From Clostridiales bacterium (lineage in GTDB: Bacteria > Bacillota > Clostridia > Peptostreptococcales > Anaerovoracaceae): DNA of 64,000 bases. Below the pieces are notes generated by a model, which was not told where the DNA came from, made no database searches, and saw only the letters and a list, made by a program, of their open reading frames with translations. Where the stretch lies: the NCBI GenBank assembly GCA_022780965.1, contig JALEUQ010000040.1, positions 15,929-79,928 of the forward strand, given 5' to 3'. Made by a program: the position numbers and the translations under genes. Of the stretch, positions 45,461 through 57,355 are shown one piece after another; the stretch's first letter is position 1; every line of letters begins with the position of its first letter.

Positions 45461-45748
45461 TTATTTCTCATCCTTATTAACGATGATGTGTCTGATAACG
45501 TTGTCTGAAATCTTGAGTCTTCTGTCGAGTTCCTTTGGCAGAGTCTTCTCACCCTTAAACTCAACAACGACATAATATCCTTCAGTTTTCTTCATGATAG
45601 GATAAGCAAGCTTTCTCATTCCCCATACATCAACTTCGCCAACTTCACCCTGAGCAGCGATGATGCCCTTAACTGCTTCTACAGTTGATTCCTTAACAGC
45701 ATCTTCTAATGTAGGATCGATGATGAACATTACTTCATAGTTTGTCAT
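45461..45748 (-). CDS. rpsF: 30S ribosomal protein S6
   Basis: MTNYEVMFIIDP start at the ATG at 45748, with GGAGG 8 nt upstream. The GTG at 45757 abuts the RBS and was rejected. Confidence 0.95.
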   Translation of the reverse strand: MTNYEVMFIIDPTLEDAVKESTVEAVKGIIAAQGEVGEVDVWGMRKLAYPIMKKTEGYYVVVEFKGEKTLPKELDRRLKISDNVIRHIIVNKDEK

Positions 45749-45849
45749 TTGTTTCACCTCCCTATGGACTTATTGGCAATAACCTTCGTTATTGCAAGGA
45801 TTTCGCGCCTTATTGCACTTCGTGATCCGCCTGATTGCGAAAATCACGC
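45749..45849 (-). promoter_or_regulatory. Structured 5' UTR of rpsF (candidate S6:S18 autoregulatory leader)
   Basis: About 100-nt leader with hairpins GCAATAAC-GAAG-GTTATTGC and CGTGAT..ATCACG on the - strand. Confidence 0.35.
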
Positions 45850-45855
45850 TTTTAT

Positions 45856-45883
45856 ATTATACATCAAATGAGCATCAAATCAA
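45856..45883 (-). promoter_or_regulatory. Promoter of the rpsF-ssb-rpsR operon
   Basis: On the - strand: TTGATT (45883-45878), 16-nt spacer, TATAAT (45861-45856) preceded by TG. Confidence 0.5.
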
Positions 45884-45888
45884 GCAGT

Positions 45889-46476
45889 TTATTCAGATTC
45901 AGGCAGTACTAATCCGCCAAAAATTGACTTCATCAGCTCATCGTCCACCATTATCTCCCATCCATTGTGTTCATCACTGACCATAGGCAGATATATAGTG
46001 GTCTTTAGCATATCCTTGCCGTCTGCCGCTTCATCAATATTAGCGATATATATGTCAAGACACTTCCTGTTCAGCTTCTTTTTATTGCTTATGCTGTCGT
46101 CATAAAGGTTGGACGTAATGTATTTGTACGATTCTTTGCTGTACTCCTTCAGCACCTTTGAGAAATCGTCTGTTGCGATATCTATCTTGGCAACGGCCAC
46201 ATTACCCTTGGAAGCTGATGCTGTTACTTTATATGAAAAATTCCTGAACAGACTCTTGTAAAGCTGCTCCGTTACTTCTTCATCTCCGGCGTTCTCAATA
46301 AGATTGACATAGTCGTTCTCAATATATCGCGCTATTACAGTGTTCTCGCCCTGAGACAGACCCTGCAGGAAATTCTCTGCTGCTTCGTCAGGTGATAACT
46401 GCCCGGTACCGGCAGCCGACATCTGCAGAACTAGAGATATTAATATGCTTATAACACTCTGAAATGCTGCTGCCAT
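45889..46476 (-). CDS. Hypothetical exported protein
   Basis: 195 aa with a short hydrophobic N-terminus (SVISILISLVLQMSAAG). No motif I can assign. Confidence 0.55.
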   Translation of the reverse strand: MAAAFQSVISILISLVLQMSAAGTGQLSPDEAAENFLQGLSQGENTVIARYIENDYVNLIENAGDEEVTEQLYKSLFRNFSYKVTASASKGNVAVAKIDIATDDFSKVLKEYSKESYKYITSNLYDDSISNKKKLNRKCLDIYIANIDEAADGKDMLKTTIYLPMVSDEHNGWEIMVDDELMKSIFGGLVLPESE

Positions 46477-46507
46477 AGCATGCTCCCTTCAAGACTAATG
46501 TGCCTTG

Positions 46508-46536
46508 TTGAAATTTAATTTATCTTTATTTATAAT
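46508..46536 (+). promoter_or_regulatory. Near-consensus promoter of the glucosaminidase gene
   Basis: TTGAAA (46508-46513), 17-nt spacer, TATAAT (46531-46536). Confidence 0.55.
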
Positions 46537-46592
46537 GAATTTCGATATGAATATTAATCCGTCACAATACTTCAATGAAAACAGAGGTTTCA

Positions 46593-47318
46593 ATGAGATA
46601 TTACAACATTGATGAAATGAACAGCTCCGGTACTGAAAAGAGACATAAATGGCCGCTCGTTTTCGCGGTACTTTCTCTCGTTGTATCTGCCGCCATTCTA
46701 CTGGCAGGCATGTACACCTATCAGGCGCAGACAGCTGCCGCAACAGAAGCCGAGGAAGAGGCTCTCCTTAAATCATCGTCAACATATTCAGCCAGAATCG
46801 ACCTTGGTGACACCCTGAGACAATCTACTGTTGATGAGGTTGTCAAAAGTGATGAAATCAAGAATTATTCAATATCTGAAATCCGCAAGATGGATGTCAG
46901 CAAACCAAGCGGTGTCACTGTAGCTGACCTGAAGCTTGTAACCCGCGGCAATTTCGTAGGGCTTGAGGAAGTCTTCTGGCAGGTTGAGCAGGACTACGGC
47001 ATCAACTGCCTGTTCGTTATGGCCATAGGCGCCAATGAAAGCGCCTTCGGCACAGTCTGCTTCCGCAAAAACAACATGTTCGGCTTCGGCCGCAAATCCT
47101 ATGCAACCAAGGCAGAGAACATTGATGTAGTAGCCAGAACACTGGCAACTAAATATCTGACACCCGGTGCCAGTCTCTACCACGGCAAAACCATTGACGG
47201 CGTTCACAAAAGCTACGCTGCCAGCCCTGTATGGGACGACCACGTGGCCAAGCACATGTCGAATTTTTATTCCAAAATCAGCGCCAATCACAATGCTGCC
47301 ATTGAGAAACTCAAATAG
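46593..47318 (+). CDS. Membrane-anchored glucosaminidase-domain (LytD/FlgJ-type) peptidoglycan hydrolase
   Basis: N-terminal TM (WPLVFAVLSLVVSAAILLAGM). Domain pattern INCLFVMAIGANESAFGT...NNMFGFG. ATG at 46593 has a GAGG RBS. Confidence 0.8.
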   Translation: MRYYNIDEMNSSGTEKRHKWPLVFAVLSLVVSAAILLAGMYTYQAQTAAATEAEEEALLKSSSTYSARIDLGDTLRQSTVDEVVKSDEIKNYSISEIRKMDVSKPSGVTVADLKLVTRGNFVGLEEVFWQVEQDYGINCLFVMAIGANESAFGTVCFRKNNMFGFGRKSYATKAENIDVVARTLATKYLTPGASLYHGKTIDGVHKSYAASPVWDDHVAKHMSNFYSKISANHNAAIEKLK

Positions 47319-47328
47319 CAGATTTTAC

Positions 47329-47366
47329 TCAGGAGGATATTACATGTCCTCCTGAATTTCTTTTTT
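47329..47366 (+). terminator. Rho-independent terminator of the glucosaminidase gene, overlapping the 3' end of the convergent ORF
   Basis: 9-bp stem TCAGGAGGA (47329-47337) / TCCTCCTGA (47347-47355) followed by ATTTCTTTTTT. Confidence 0.6.
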
Positions 47367-48131
47367 AGCTGCTGTAAGGAATGTCATAAGCCTGTTGGCA
47401 TTATCGTGAAGCGCATTCTCGCCTTCAATGTACATGTCATCCCTGTTTTCCTGAACAATTTCTCTAGCCTGCGTTACTGCGCCGTCTATGATAAGTCCCA
47501 CCATCTCCGGTGTCTTCACATTGGTAACTGCAAGAATTGCGCATACAGCCATCTGTGTATCTATGTCCTTTTCATCGCCTAGCTTATCAATTGCTTTGGT
47601 GAAGTATTCCTGCAAAGGATCGTAGTTCTTGGCCATATGCACGTTGGCATTCTCTTCATAACTTCTCTCTGCAACAGACCTGCGGTACTTTTCTCTGTAT
47701 GTTTCGTGATTAAGGTTCAGATCTCTGCTTACGAAATACTCAAGATATGCGAATGTGGCAATCTCAACCAGGCCGTAAGGCTGATCGTCCAGTCCTTCAA
47801 ACGGCGGGTTGAACAGAAATTCCTGCACAAGTTCCAAAAGTCTGTCAAACATATCGTCTTCACCGTCGATTTCTCTCTGAATGGCTTCGAACTTCGCTTT
47901 GGCCTCATCGGTGATTTCTACTGCCATTTCACCTGTAATCTCAATTGGCTCATCCATGGCCATGTATTCATTATATAACTCTGTATATTTTGCCAGCTTG
48001 TCGTCGGTCAGATCTTTCATCTGCTCCGGTGAGTCGATTACTGCCAGGATCAGTTCAGCTTTGCTCATCTGATCAGGTCCGCTGACGATAATTCCCTGTA
48101 ATTTTCTAACGGCTTCTCCCTGTGATATCAT
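47340..48131 (-). CDS. Hypothetical acidic cytoplasmic protein
   Basis: 263-aa ORF, Asp/Glu-rich, with no TM and no recognisable motif. Confidence 0.6.
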   Translation of the reverse strand: MISQGEAVRKLQGIIVSGPDQMSKAELILAVIDSPEQMKDLTDDKLAKYTELYNEYMAMDEPIEITGEMAVEITDEAKAKFEAIQREIDGEDDMFDRLLELVQEFLFNPPFEGLDDQPYGLVEIATFAYLEYFVSRDLNLNHETYREKYRRSVAERSYEENANVHMAKNYDPLQEYFTKAIDKLGDEKDIDTQMAVCAILAVTNVKTPEMVGLIIDGAVTQAREIVQENRDDMYIEGENALHDNANRLMTFLTAAKKEIQEDM

Positions 48132-48169
48132 TACTGCCTCCCTTTTATATTGCTATTAGGCGATATGTC

Positions 48170-49093
48170 CTATTTCCAAAGCTTTGGCGGGTATAAACCC
48201 TTGTCTTTCATGGATTCAAGAGCGTTCTTAACGTCCTCTTTGTCTTCCGGATATGTAATGCCGTACCATGCATCTGAGCTGTTGAGCACCTTGACGTTGG
48301 CTTTGCCTGTCTTAATGAGATTGTCTGCGACTGCAGGCAGATAACACTCGCTCTTAACTGGATCGCTGATGAATTTGGTTTCAAAGAATTCATCCATCCC
48401 ATCCTTCAGCTCATTCATCATACCTGCCGTAAATCCCCAGAAATTCATCGAGACAATGGTTCCGTCAGGAAGTGGAATCCAGGTTTCTCCCTCATCTTCT
48501 GTGTAGCTGATTCTGCCGTCAACTTCTTTGATTTTGGTTCGTTCCGTTACGTCAGCAAGGTTGCCATTTTCATCTATTGTGCATACGCCCCTTGATACTG
48601 TCCCGTTCTCTGTAACTGTGTTCTCAAGTTTGTATCCCACCATGCAGTATTCCTGCTTCTCACCGTCTTCATTAGTCGTCAGATATTCATATATTGCTGC
48701 GAATCCGTCAGGTCCGTAATAGTCGTCTGCGTTAATGACTGCGAAGGGGCCATCTATCATGTCCCTGCATGACAGCACCGCATGTGCTGTTCCCCAAGGT
48801 TTCTTCCTGTCTTCTGGAACTGCAACGCCTTGAGGAATATCATCTATCTTCTGATATGCATACTCGATTTTCATGAATCTGCCGGCTCTCTCATCGATGA
48901 CTTCTCTGAACAAGTCGCGATGTTCTTCTCTTATAATGAATATGGCTCTGTCAAAGCCTGCCAGCATTGCATCGTACAGTGAGAAATCAACTATGATTTC
49001 ATCTGTGTCTGTTATGGTGTCAACCTGCTTGAGACCGCCGTATCTTGAACCCATTCCGGCAGCCATTATTACTAATGTTGGTTCCTTGGTCAT
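48170..49093 (-). CDS. Sugar-phosphate nucleotidyltransferase-family protein
   Basis: 307 aa. N-terminal LVIMAAGMGSRYGGLKQ nucleotide-binding signature. Confidence 0.85.
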   Translation of the reverse strand: MTKEPTLVIMAAGMGSRYGGLKQVDTITDTDEIIVDFSLYDAMLAGFDRAIFIIREEHRDLFREVIDERAGRFMKIEYAYQKIDDIPQGVAVPEDRKKPWGTAHAVLSCRDMIDGPFAVINADDYYGPDGFAAIYEYLTTNEDGEKQEYCMVGYKLENTVTENGTVSRGVCTIDENGNLADVTERTKIKEVDGRISYTEDEGETWIPLPDGTIVSMNFWGFTAGMMNELKDGMDEFFETKFISDPVKSECYLPAVADNLIKTGKANVKVLNSSDAWYGITYPEDKEDVKNALESMKDKGLYPPKLWK

Positions 49094-49117
49094 TTATGTC
49101 TTACCTCATTCTGATTA

Positions 49118-49882
49118 TTATTTTGACTCTATTTCTGCTGCTATCGCCTTTAATTCCTCTACACCCGACATTACGATGGACTCTATTCGAGGCATCAGTT
49201 CCTTCTCTTCTTTGCGTGAAATTCCTGCTGTAGGTACAGGTTCGTGAATTTTGATGTATACGTCTGCACCGTGGAAATATCCGTCCTGTTCAAGCATTTT
49301 GTATGTGCCTTCAAGGGAAATAGGAACAATTGGCACGCCAGGTTTGGTTGCAAGCTTAATTGCACCCTTCATGAAAGGTTTAGGTTCTCCTCCTTTGCTT
49401 CTGGTTCCTTCAGGATATATGGCAAGTGAATAACCCTGCTCAATAAGCTTGATGCCTTCAACTATTGCATTCATAGATCCTCTGGCGCTGTCACGGTCAA
49501 TGAAAACGCTCCTGATTTCATGAATCTGTTTGCCGAAAAACGGCAGATTTCCCAGCTCTTCCTTAGCAACGAATCCGAACTGGAATTTGTCAAGAACGGC
49601 GCAGTATGTAAAAATGTCCGCGTATCCCTGATGGTTGCCCATGAATACTACCGGTCCTTCCTCAGGCAGATTTTCTTTACCGTAAACGTGGATTTCTGAC
49701 CCGAGCAAAGTCATGATGTCGTCACCCCACGTTGAAGTGCTTTCCAGAATATACTTTCTTTCAAGCTCTGGATCGTTTTTTTCTATTGCCTGATGAATCT
49801 TTTTGAATATTTTTTTCTGTGGTTTAAGCGTTCCTATTATTTTTACAACAGGAACTATGTTCTTAATAATCTTCATGGGCAT
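49118..49882 (-). CDS. plsC: 1-acyl-sn-glycerol-3-phosphate acyltransferase
   Basis: 254 aa with HX4D motif (NHQGYAD) and YPEGTRS motif. Confidence 0.88.
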   Translation of the reverse strand: MPMKIIKNIVPVVKIIGTLKPQKKIFKKIHQAIEKNDPELERKYILESTSTWGDDIMTLLGSEIHVYGKENLPEEGPVVFMGNHQGYADIFTYCAVLDKFQFGFVAKEELGNLPFFGKQIHEIRSVFIDRDSARGSMNAIVEGIKLIEQGYSLAIYPEGTRSKGGEPKPFMKGAIKLATKPGVPIVPISLEGTYKMLEQDGYFHGADVYIKIHEPVPTAGISRKEEKELMPRIESIVMSGVEELKAIAAEIESK

Positions 49883-49895
49883 ACCTCTGTAAATT

Positions 49896-50468
49896 CTAGT
49901 ATTTTATCTCGCGGTTGACTGCTTCCTTGGCATCATTAATTATCTTATCCACATCCGCACCTATGATGTCCAGATTCTCAGCTGCGAAACATTTGAATTC
50001 TTTTACTCCCAGCATTCCGCATGTGAGAGCCTTAACGTATCCGCTGCTGAATTCAGGATTGAGATAAGGGCCGCCGCTTGTGGTAACATAGTAAATCTTC
50101 TTGCCCTTGCATAGTCCTTCAGGATATCCTTCCTCGGTGTATCTGAACGTCAGGTTGTTAATGGTTATGGCTTCGAAGTACGATTTAAGTACTGCCGGGA
50201 AGCTGAGATCATAGTAAGGTGCCGCAATTACAATATAGTCTGCATCTCTGAACTGCTTACCATATTTGAAGTAACTGCTGCTGAAATCTCCCTGTCCGCT
50301 TGCTTTTGTTCTGAAGTCTATGAGTTCAAAGCAGCTTTTGGGTATGTCTTCCTCTATCAGCTTCAGCTTCTGTACATTGCCGTTAAGCTTACGAACCAGA
50401 TGTACGGCAATTTCTCTCGTTCTTGAATCCGGAGATATAGTCGCATCAACAAATAATATGTTCTTCAT
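49896..50468 (-). CDS. Flavodoxin-like-fold NAD(P)H-dependent oxidoreductase (azoreductase-like)
   Basis: 190 aa. N-terminal ILFVDATISPDSRT and AAPYYDLSFPAVLK patterns. Confidence 0.78.
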   Translation of the reverse strand: MKNILFVDATISPDSRTREIAVHLVRKLNGNVQKLKLIEEDIPKSCFELIDFRTKASGQGDFSSSYFKYGKQFRDADYIVIAAPYYDLSFPAVLKSYFEAITINNLTFRYTEEGYPEGLCKGKKIYYVTTSGGPYLNPEFSSGYVKALTCGMLGVKEFKCFAAENLDIIGADVDKIINDAKEAVNREIKY

Positions 50469-50479
50469 TTGGTTTACCT

Positions 50480-51733
50480 CTATTCCTTGATACTCTTTTT
50501 TACATCCTCTATTGTAACACCATTTGCCCTGGCTGCTGCAGCAAGATCATCATATTCATATTTATATCTGCTTGCACCGTAACCTTCGGACACTTTGCAT
50601 CTTATGCTCCCGTAATCACTTTCTCTTGTTTCAATGTGTCTCTTCATTACATACCTGGGATGCTCCGTCTCTCTAATACCGATGGTAGTCGTGTATTTGA
50701 AAATCATTTCTGCAATTTCTCGTTTATCTTCTGCCCTGCAAATAACTGTGACCAGTTGTCCCGGACGTGACTTTTTCATCATTACAGGTGTTACGAACAC
50801 CTCCAGTGCTCCCGATTCAAGGAGCATTTCGGTGGCAAAACCTGTTTCCTCACCGGTCATGTCGTCCACATTGAAATTGAGTTCTGTCACAATTGATTCG
50901 GCTTTTTCCTGCTCCCCCAGAAATGCGCGGATACAGTTTGCCTGCGGGAAATCCTTGGTTCCCATCCCATATCCTGTATTCGCCACTTTCATTACAGGCA
51001 TGCTCCCGAATTCATCGGCGAAATACTTCAGAAGCGCTGCTCCCGTCGGTGTGCATAGCTCACCGGTTATGAAATTATTGTAATAAGGTATTCCTTCGAG
51101 TATCAGTGCAGCAGCAGGTGCCGGCACAGGTATGATGCCGTGCTGACATTTAACCTGTCCTTTACCGGTATTTATCGGCGATACTACTACTCTGTCAGGA
51201 TTAATCTCATTCATGAGAAATGCCACGGCAGTTACATCTGCAACTGCGTCCATAGCGCCCACTTCATGGAAATGCACCTCATCAATCGGTGCTCCGTGAA
51301 CACGGCTTTCTGCTCCCGCTATTATCTCATATATGTTTCTGACGTCATCTTTCACATTCTCAGGAATTTGAAGATCTTCGATAATTCTCTTGATATCATT
51401 CAAAGAATTGTGTGTATGCTCCCCATGATTATGGTTATGTTGGTGGTGGTCGTGATGGTGATGATGACCATGATGATTCTGATTTCCGGTCAGTAAGTCT
51501 TCTTCACAATTTACATCTTCACACTCTTCTTCTTCGCCATTAATATATACTCTCATATGAGTTCCCTTGATACCGCATTTGATGCTATCCTCACATTCGA
51601 ATCTGACACCCGGTATTCCGAATGCATTCATTTCGGCGAGAGTTTTTTCTTTGTTTTCTACTACTTCAAGAAGAGCCGCAGTGAGCATATCTCCTGCGGC
51701 ACCCATGTTACATTCAATGTATAATGTTTTCAT
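50480..51733 (-). CDS. larC: Nickel-pincer cofactor biosynthesis / nickel insertion protein LarC (DUF111 family)
   Basis: 417 aa. N-terminal LYIECNMGAAGDMLTAALLE. His-rich tract NQNHHGHHHHHDHHQHNHNHGEHTH. Confidence 0.88.
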   Translation of the reverse strand: MKTLYIECNMGAAGDMLTAALLEVVENKEKTLAEMNAFGIPGVRFECEDSIKCGIKGTHMRVYINGEEEECEDVNCEEDLLTGNQNHHGHHHHHDHHQHNHNHGEHTHNSLNDIKRIIEDLQIPENVKDDVRNIYEIIAGAESRVHGAPIDEVHFHEVGAMDAVADVTAVAFLMNEINPDRVVVSPINTGKGQVKCQHGIIPVPAPAAALILEGIPYYNNFITGELCTPTGAALLKYFADEFGSMPVMKVANTGYGMGTKDFPQANCIRAFLGEQEKAESIVTELNFNVDDMTGEETGFATEMLLESGALEVFVTPVMMKKSRPGQLVTVICRAEDKREIAEMIFKYTTTIGIRETEHPRYVMKRHIETRESDYGSIRCKVSEGYGASRYKYEYDDLAAAARANGVTIEDVKKSIKE

Positions 51734-51742
51734 TGGTCTTCC

Positions 51743-52723
51743 CTAGAATCCTAATCCAAATCTGTCTTTAACTCTCTTCATTGTCTTCTCGGCAATTGCG
51801 TTGGCTCTTTCTGCGCCGTCTTTGAGAATAGTGATAAGTTCTTCAGATTCTCTTATTTCATTGAAATTGTTCTTGATAGGCTGCATGGCTTCCTGGGTGA
51901 TTCCAACAAGCTCTTTCTTGAAGTCACCATAACCTCTGCCTGCGAATCTTGCAGAAATATCATCGATTGATTCACCTGAAAGGGCACTGTAAATAGTAAG
52001 CAGATTGCTTACACCAGGTTTGTTCTCAGGGTCAAATCTTATTTCACCATCGCTGTCTGTAGTGGCACGCATAATGGATTTCTTTATTTTGCTGTCCTCA
52101 TCAAGCAGTGAAATTCTCGAGTGAATATTCTCTGCACTCTTGCTCATCTTGGATGTAGGATCATCAAGTGACATGATGCGTGCTCCCGCCTTCATGAATC
52201 TTCCTTCAGGAACAACGAATGTCTTCTTGTACTTGTTGTTCACTCTCTGCGCAATATCTCTGCAAAGCTCAATGTGCTGCTTCTGGTCGTTTCCTACAGG
52301 TACTATGTCAGTATCATAAAGCAGAATGTCCGCAGCCATGAGTACAGGGTATGTGAGAAGTCCTGTTCCAACCGATTCATTTCCGCCGCTCTTGGCTTTG
52401 AACTGAGTCATTCTGCTCAGTTCTCCCGTATATGAACTGCAGGTAAGAATCCATCCCAGTTCTGCATGACCGCTTACATCTGACTGCACGAAAATAATCG
52501 ACTTCTTAGGGTCAATACCTATGGAAATGTACAGTGCTGCCACATCAAGAATGTGTTTGCGCAGTTCCTTTGGATCCTGAGGAACAGTTATTGCGTGTTC
52601 ATCTACAATACAGTAAATGCATTCATGATCTTCCTGAAGCTCTACAAACTGCTTCAATGCTCCCAGATAGTTGCCGAGATGAATATTACCTGTAGGCTGT
52701 ACACCTGAAAATACTCTTTTCAT
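51743..52723 (-). CDS. trpS: Tryptophan-tRNA ligase
   Basis: 326 aa. HIGH-type PTGNIHLGN and KMSKS present. Confidence 0.96.
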   Translation of the reverse strand: MKRVFSGVQPTGNIHLGNYLGALKQFVELQEDHECIYCIVDEHAITVPQDPKELRKHILDVAALYISIGIDPKKSIIFVQSDVSGHAELGWILTCSSYTGELSRMTQFKAKSGGNESVGTGLLTYPVLMAADILLYDTDIVPVGNDQKQHIELCRDIAQRVNNKYKKTFVVPEGRFMKAGARIMSLDDPTSKMSKSAENIHSRISLLDEDSKIKKSIMRATTDSDGEIRFDPENKPGVSNLLTIYSALSGESIDDISARFAGRGYGDFKKELVGITQEAMQPIKNNFNEIRESEELITILKDGAERANAIAEKTMKRVKDRFGLGF

Positions 52724-52744
52724 TTTGATTTAACTCCTTCTGTT

Positions 52745-55294
52745 TTACTCAAGGTCCAATGTCATCTGCTCGTTCTGATCTTCTTCTGTTTCCTCGAGTT
52801 TCTTTTTCTTTTCGTCAAGTTTCTTCTTCTGAGCCAGTTTCTTGTTCTCTACGTGCTCCTCTTCTCTTATTACCTTGGCAAGGGAAATAATGTTGGTTTC
52901 ATCACCTGTCTTCATTATTCTTACACCCTGTGTTGCTCTGCCAAGCTTGGATATTTCATCTGCTTTGATTCTTATTATTACCCCGTTTGAGTTTATGAGC
53001 AGTATCTCATCTTCATCGTCAACAACTGTAGCTCCGACAAGTTCACCGGTTTTTTTGAACTTGCTCTTGTCATATGTGAGAAGGCCCTTGCCGCCTCTTG
53101 TCTGAATCTTATATTCAGACACAGGAGTTCTCTTGCCGAATCCCTTGCTTGTAACAACCAGCAGTTCTTCATCCGGCTGAACAAGCTCCATGCTGACTAC
53201 TTCGTCACCGTTTTCCAGGGTGATGGCTTTAACTCCGCCGGCAGATCTTCCCATAGGCCTTACATCGTCTTCTGAGAAGCATATGCACTTACCCTGTTTG
53301 GTAATGATTATTACATTGTCATTACCGCTCGTCTGTCTGATTCCTACAAGTTCATCGCCTTCTTTAAGCTTGATTGCAATGAGACCTGTTTTCCTGTTTG
53401 TATCAAATTCCGAAATTGCAGTCTTCTTGATTGTACCGTGCTTGGTAACTGCAATGAGATACTTGTCATCTCTGAAATCTCTGAAAGGAATTATCGCTGA
53501 TATTCTTTCTCTCTGCATGAGATTCAGGAAGTTGATTGCAGGTGTTCCTCTGGCTGTTCTCTTAGCTTCAGGAATTTCGTATGCTTTGATTTTGTGTGCT
53601 TTACCGGTATTGGTGAAGAACATTAGGCTGTCATGAGTTGATGTGAGAATAAGGTTCTTAACGAAGTCGTTTTCTCTTGTTGTCAGACCTGTTATTCCCT
53701 TGCCGCCTCTCTTCTGTGTCTTGTATGTATCTGCAGGAATTCTCTTAAGATATCCAAGATGTGTAAGAGTGATTGCAACCTGCTGTTCTTCAATCAGATC
53801 CTCTTCATCCATCTCGTCCATTGCAGATGCGAATTTAGTTCTTCTTTCATCTCCGTATTTTTCTTTGATTTCGAGAAGTTCATCTTTGATAACGCCCATG
53901 AGAAGCTTTTCGTCTGCCAAAATGCTCTTGTAATATGCTATCTTCTTCTGCAGTTCATTGTACTCGTCTTCAATCTTTTCTCGTTCCAGTCCCTGCAGCC
54001 TTGCAAGTCTCATATCGAGAATTGCCTGAGCCTGAACATCACTGAGACCGAATTTCTGCATCAGTTTCTCTTTGGCGTCGTTGTAGCTGGATCTGATTAT
54101 CTTGATTATTTCATCAATATTATCAAGAGCTATTCTCAATCCTTCCAGAATATGAGCTCTGGCTTCAGCCTTCTTGAGATCAAACTGAGTTCTTCTTGTT
54201 ACAACGTTTTTCTGATGCTTCAGGTATTCCTCAATAATCTGATAAAGATTGAGAATCTTAGGCTGGCCGTCAACCAGCGCAAGCATTATTATTGAGAAGT
54301 TTTCCTGAAGTGATGTGTGCTTATATAATCTATTGAGTACTATTCGAGGATTGGCATCCTTTTTGAGGTCTATTACTATTCTGATACCTTCTCTTCTGTT
54401 AGACTCATCTCTTATGTCCGAAATACCTTCGATCTTTTTGTCTCTTACAAGTTCTCCTATTTTTTCAAGAAGTCTTGCCTTGTTGACCTGATATGGGATT
54501 TCACTGAAAATTATCTGAGTTTTGCCTCTTGAGGTTTCTTCAAATTTGGCAATTGAACGAACTGTTACTTTGCCCTGTCCTGTTCTGTATGCCTCTTTTG
54601 CCGCATTCCTGCCGAGAATTTCTGCACCTGTCGGGAAATCCGGACCTTTAACTATGCTGATAAGATCATCAACAGTGCAGTTTTCATCGTCAATCATTTT
54701 GACGGTGGCATCAATTACCTCACCAAGATTGTGAGGAGGAATCGATGTTGCCATTCCGACTGCTATACCGTTACTGCCGTTAACCAGCAGGTTAGGGAAT
54801 CTGGCAGGCAGTACTGTAGGCTCCTGCTCTTCCTCGTCGAAGTTAGGCATGAAATCAACCGTATCCTTGTTGATATCTCTTATCATTTCAAGGGAGAACG
54901 GTGACATTCTCGCCTCAGTATATCTCATGGCAGCAGCGCCGTCGCCGTCTATGGATCCGAAGTTGCCGTGTCCGTCGACCAGCATGTAACGAGTCGCGAA
55001 AGGCTGCGCCAGTTTAACCATGGCATCATATATGGATGAATCGCCGTGAGGGTGATATTTACCCATTACTTCACCGACAATTCTTGCGGACTTTTTGTGA
55101 GGTTTGTCAGGTGTTGTTCCCAGCTCACTCATTCCGTAGAGAATTCTCCTGTGTACAGGTTTGAGACCGTCTCTAACGTCAGGCAGAGCTCTTCCGACGA
55201 TAACACTCATTGAATAGTCAATGTACGAGTTTTTCATTTCGTCGTAAATCTCGTGCTGTATCATTCTCTGATCTTCTAGCAGATTATTCGCCAT
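52745..55294 (-). CDS. gyrA: DNA gyrase subunit A
   Basis: 849 aa with [23 protein letters not shown] (catalytic Tyr), C-terminal beta-pinwheel repeats and an acidic/basic tail. Confidence 0.98.
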   Translation of the reverse strand: MANNLLEDQRMIQHEIYDEMKNSYIDYSMSVIVGRALPDVRDGLKPVHRRILYGMSELGTTPDKPHKKSARIVGEVMGKYHPHGDSSIYDAMVKLAQPFATRYMLVDGHGNFGSIDGDGAAAMRYTEARMSPFSLEMIRDINKDTVDFMPNFDEEEQEPTVLPARFPNLLVNGSNGIAVGMATSIPPHNLGEVIDATVKMIDDENCTVDDLISIVKGPDFPTGAEILGRNAAKEAYRTGQGKVTVRSIAKFEETSRGKTQIIFSEIPYQVNKARLLEKIGELVRDKKIEGISDIRDESNRREGIRIVIDLKKDANPRIVLNRLYKHTSLQENFSIIMLALVDGQPKILNLYQIIEEYLKHQKNVVTRRTQFDLKKAEARAHILEGLRIALDNIDEIIKIIRSSYNDAKEKLMQKFGLSDVQAQAILDMRLARLQGLEREKIEDEYNELQKKIAYYKSILADEKLLMGVIKDELLEIKEKYGDERRTKFASAMDEMDEEDLIEEQQVAITLTHLGYLKRIPADTYKTQKRGGKGITGLTTRENDFVKNLILTSTHDSLMFFTNTGKAHKIKAYEIPEAKRTARGTPAINFLNLMQRERISAIIPFRDFRDDKYLIAVTKHGTIKKTAISEFDTNRKTGLIAIKLKEGDELVGIRQTSGNDNVIIITKQGKCICFSEDDVRPMGRSAGGVKAITLENGDEVVSMELVQPDEELLVVTSKGFGKRTPVSEYKIQTRGGKGLLTYDKSKFKKTGELVGATVVDDEDEILLINSNGVIIRIKADEISKLGRATQGVRIMKTGDETNIISLAKVIREEEHVENKKLAQKKKLDEKKKKLEETEEDQNEQMTLDLE

Positions 55295-55310
55295 TTACGT
55301 TTGTCCTTTC

Positions 55311-57230
<1,920 letters not shown>

Positions 57231-57355
57231 TTAGTATCTCCTTTGAAATCTTTCTCACATACATAGTAGATTATAGCATAAAATACCTCTTATTACCATT
57301 AAAAAAGCCCGAATAAAGTGGTTTTAATAGCATTTTGACCATTTTAATCGAACTT

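Noticed and set aside
51420-51485. A CAT/CAC-rich repetitive DNA tract.
   Set aside because: It is not a mobile or tandem repeat element. It encodes the His-rich metal-binding linker of LarC.
52724-52744. An expected T-box leader upstream of trpS.
   Set aside because: Only 21 nt separate trpS from the gyrA stop, so no riboswitch can fit. trpS appears to be co-transcribed with gyrA. I noted this but did not pursue it.
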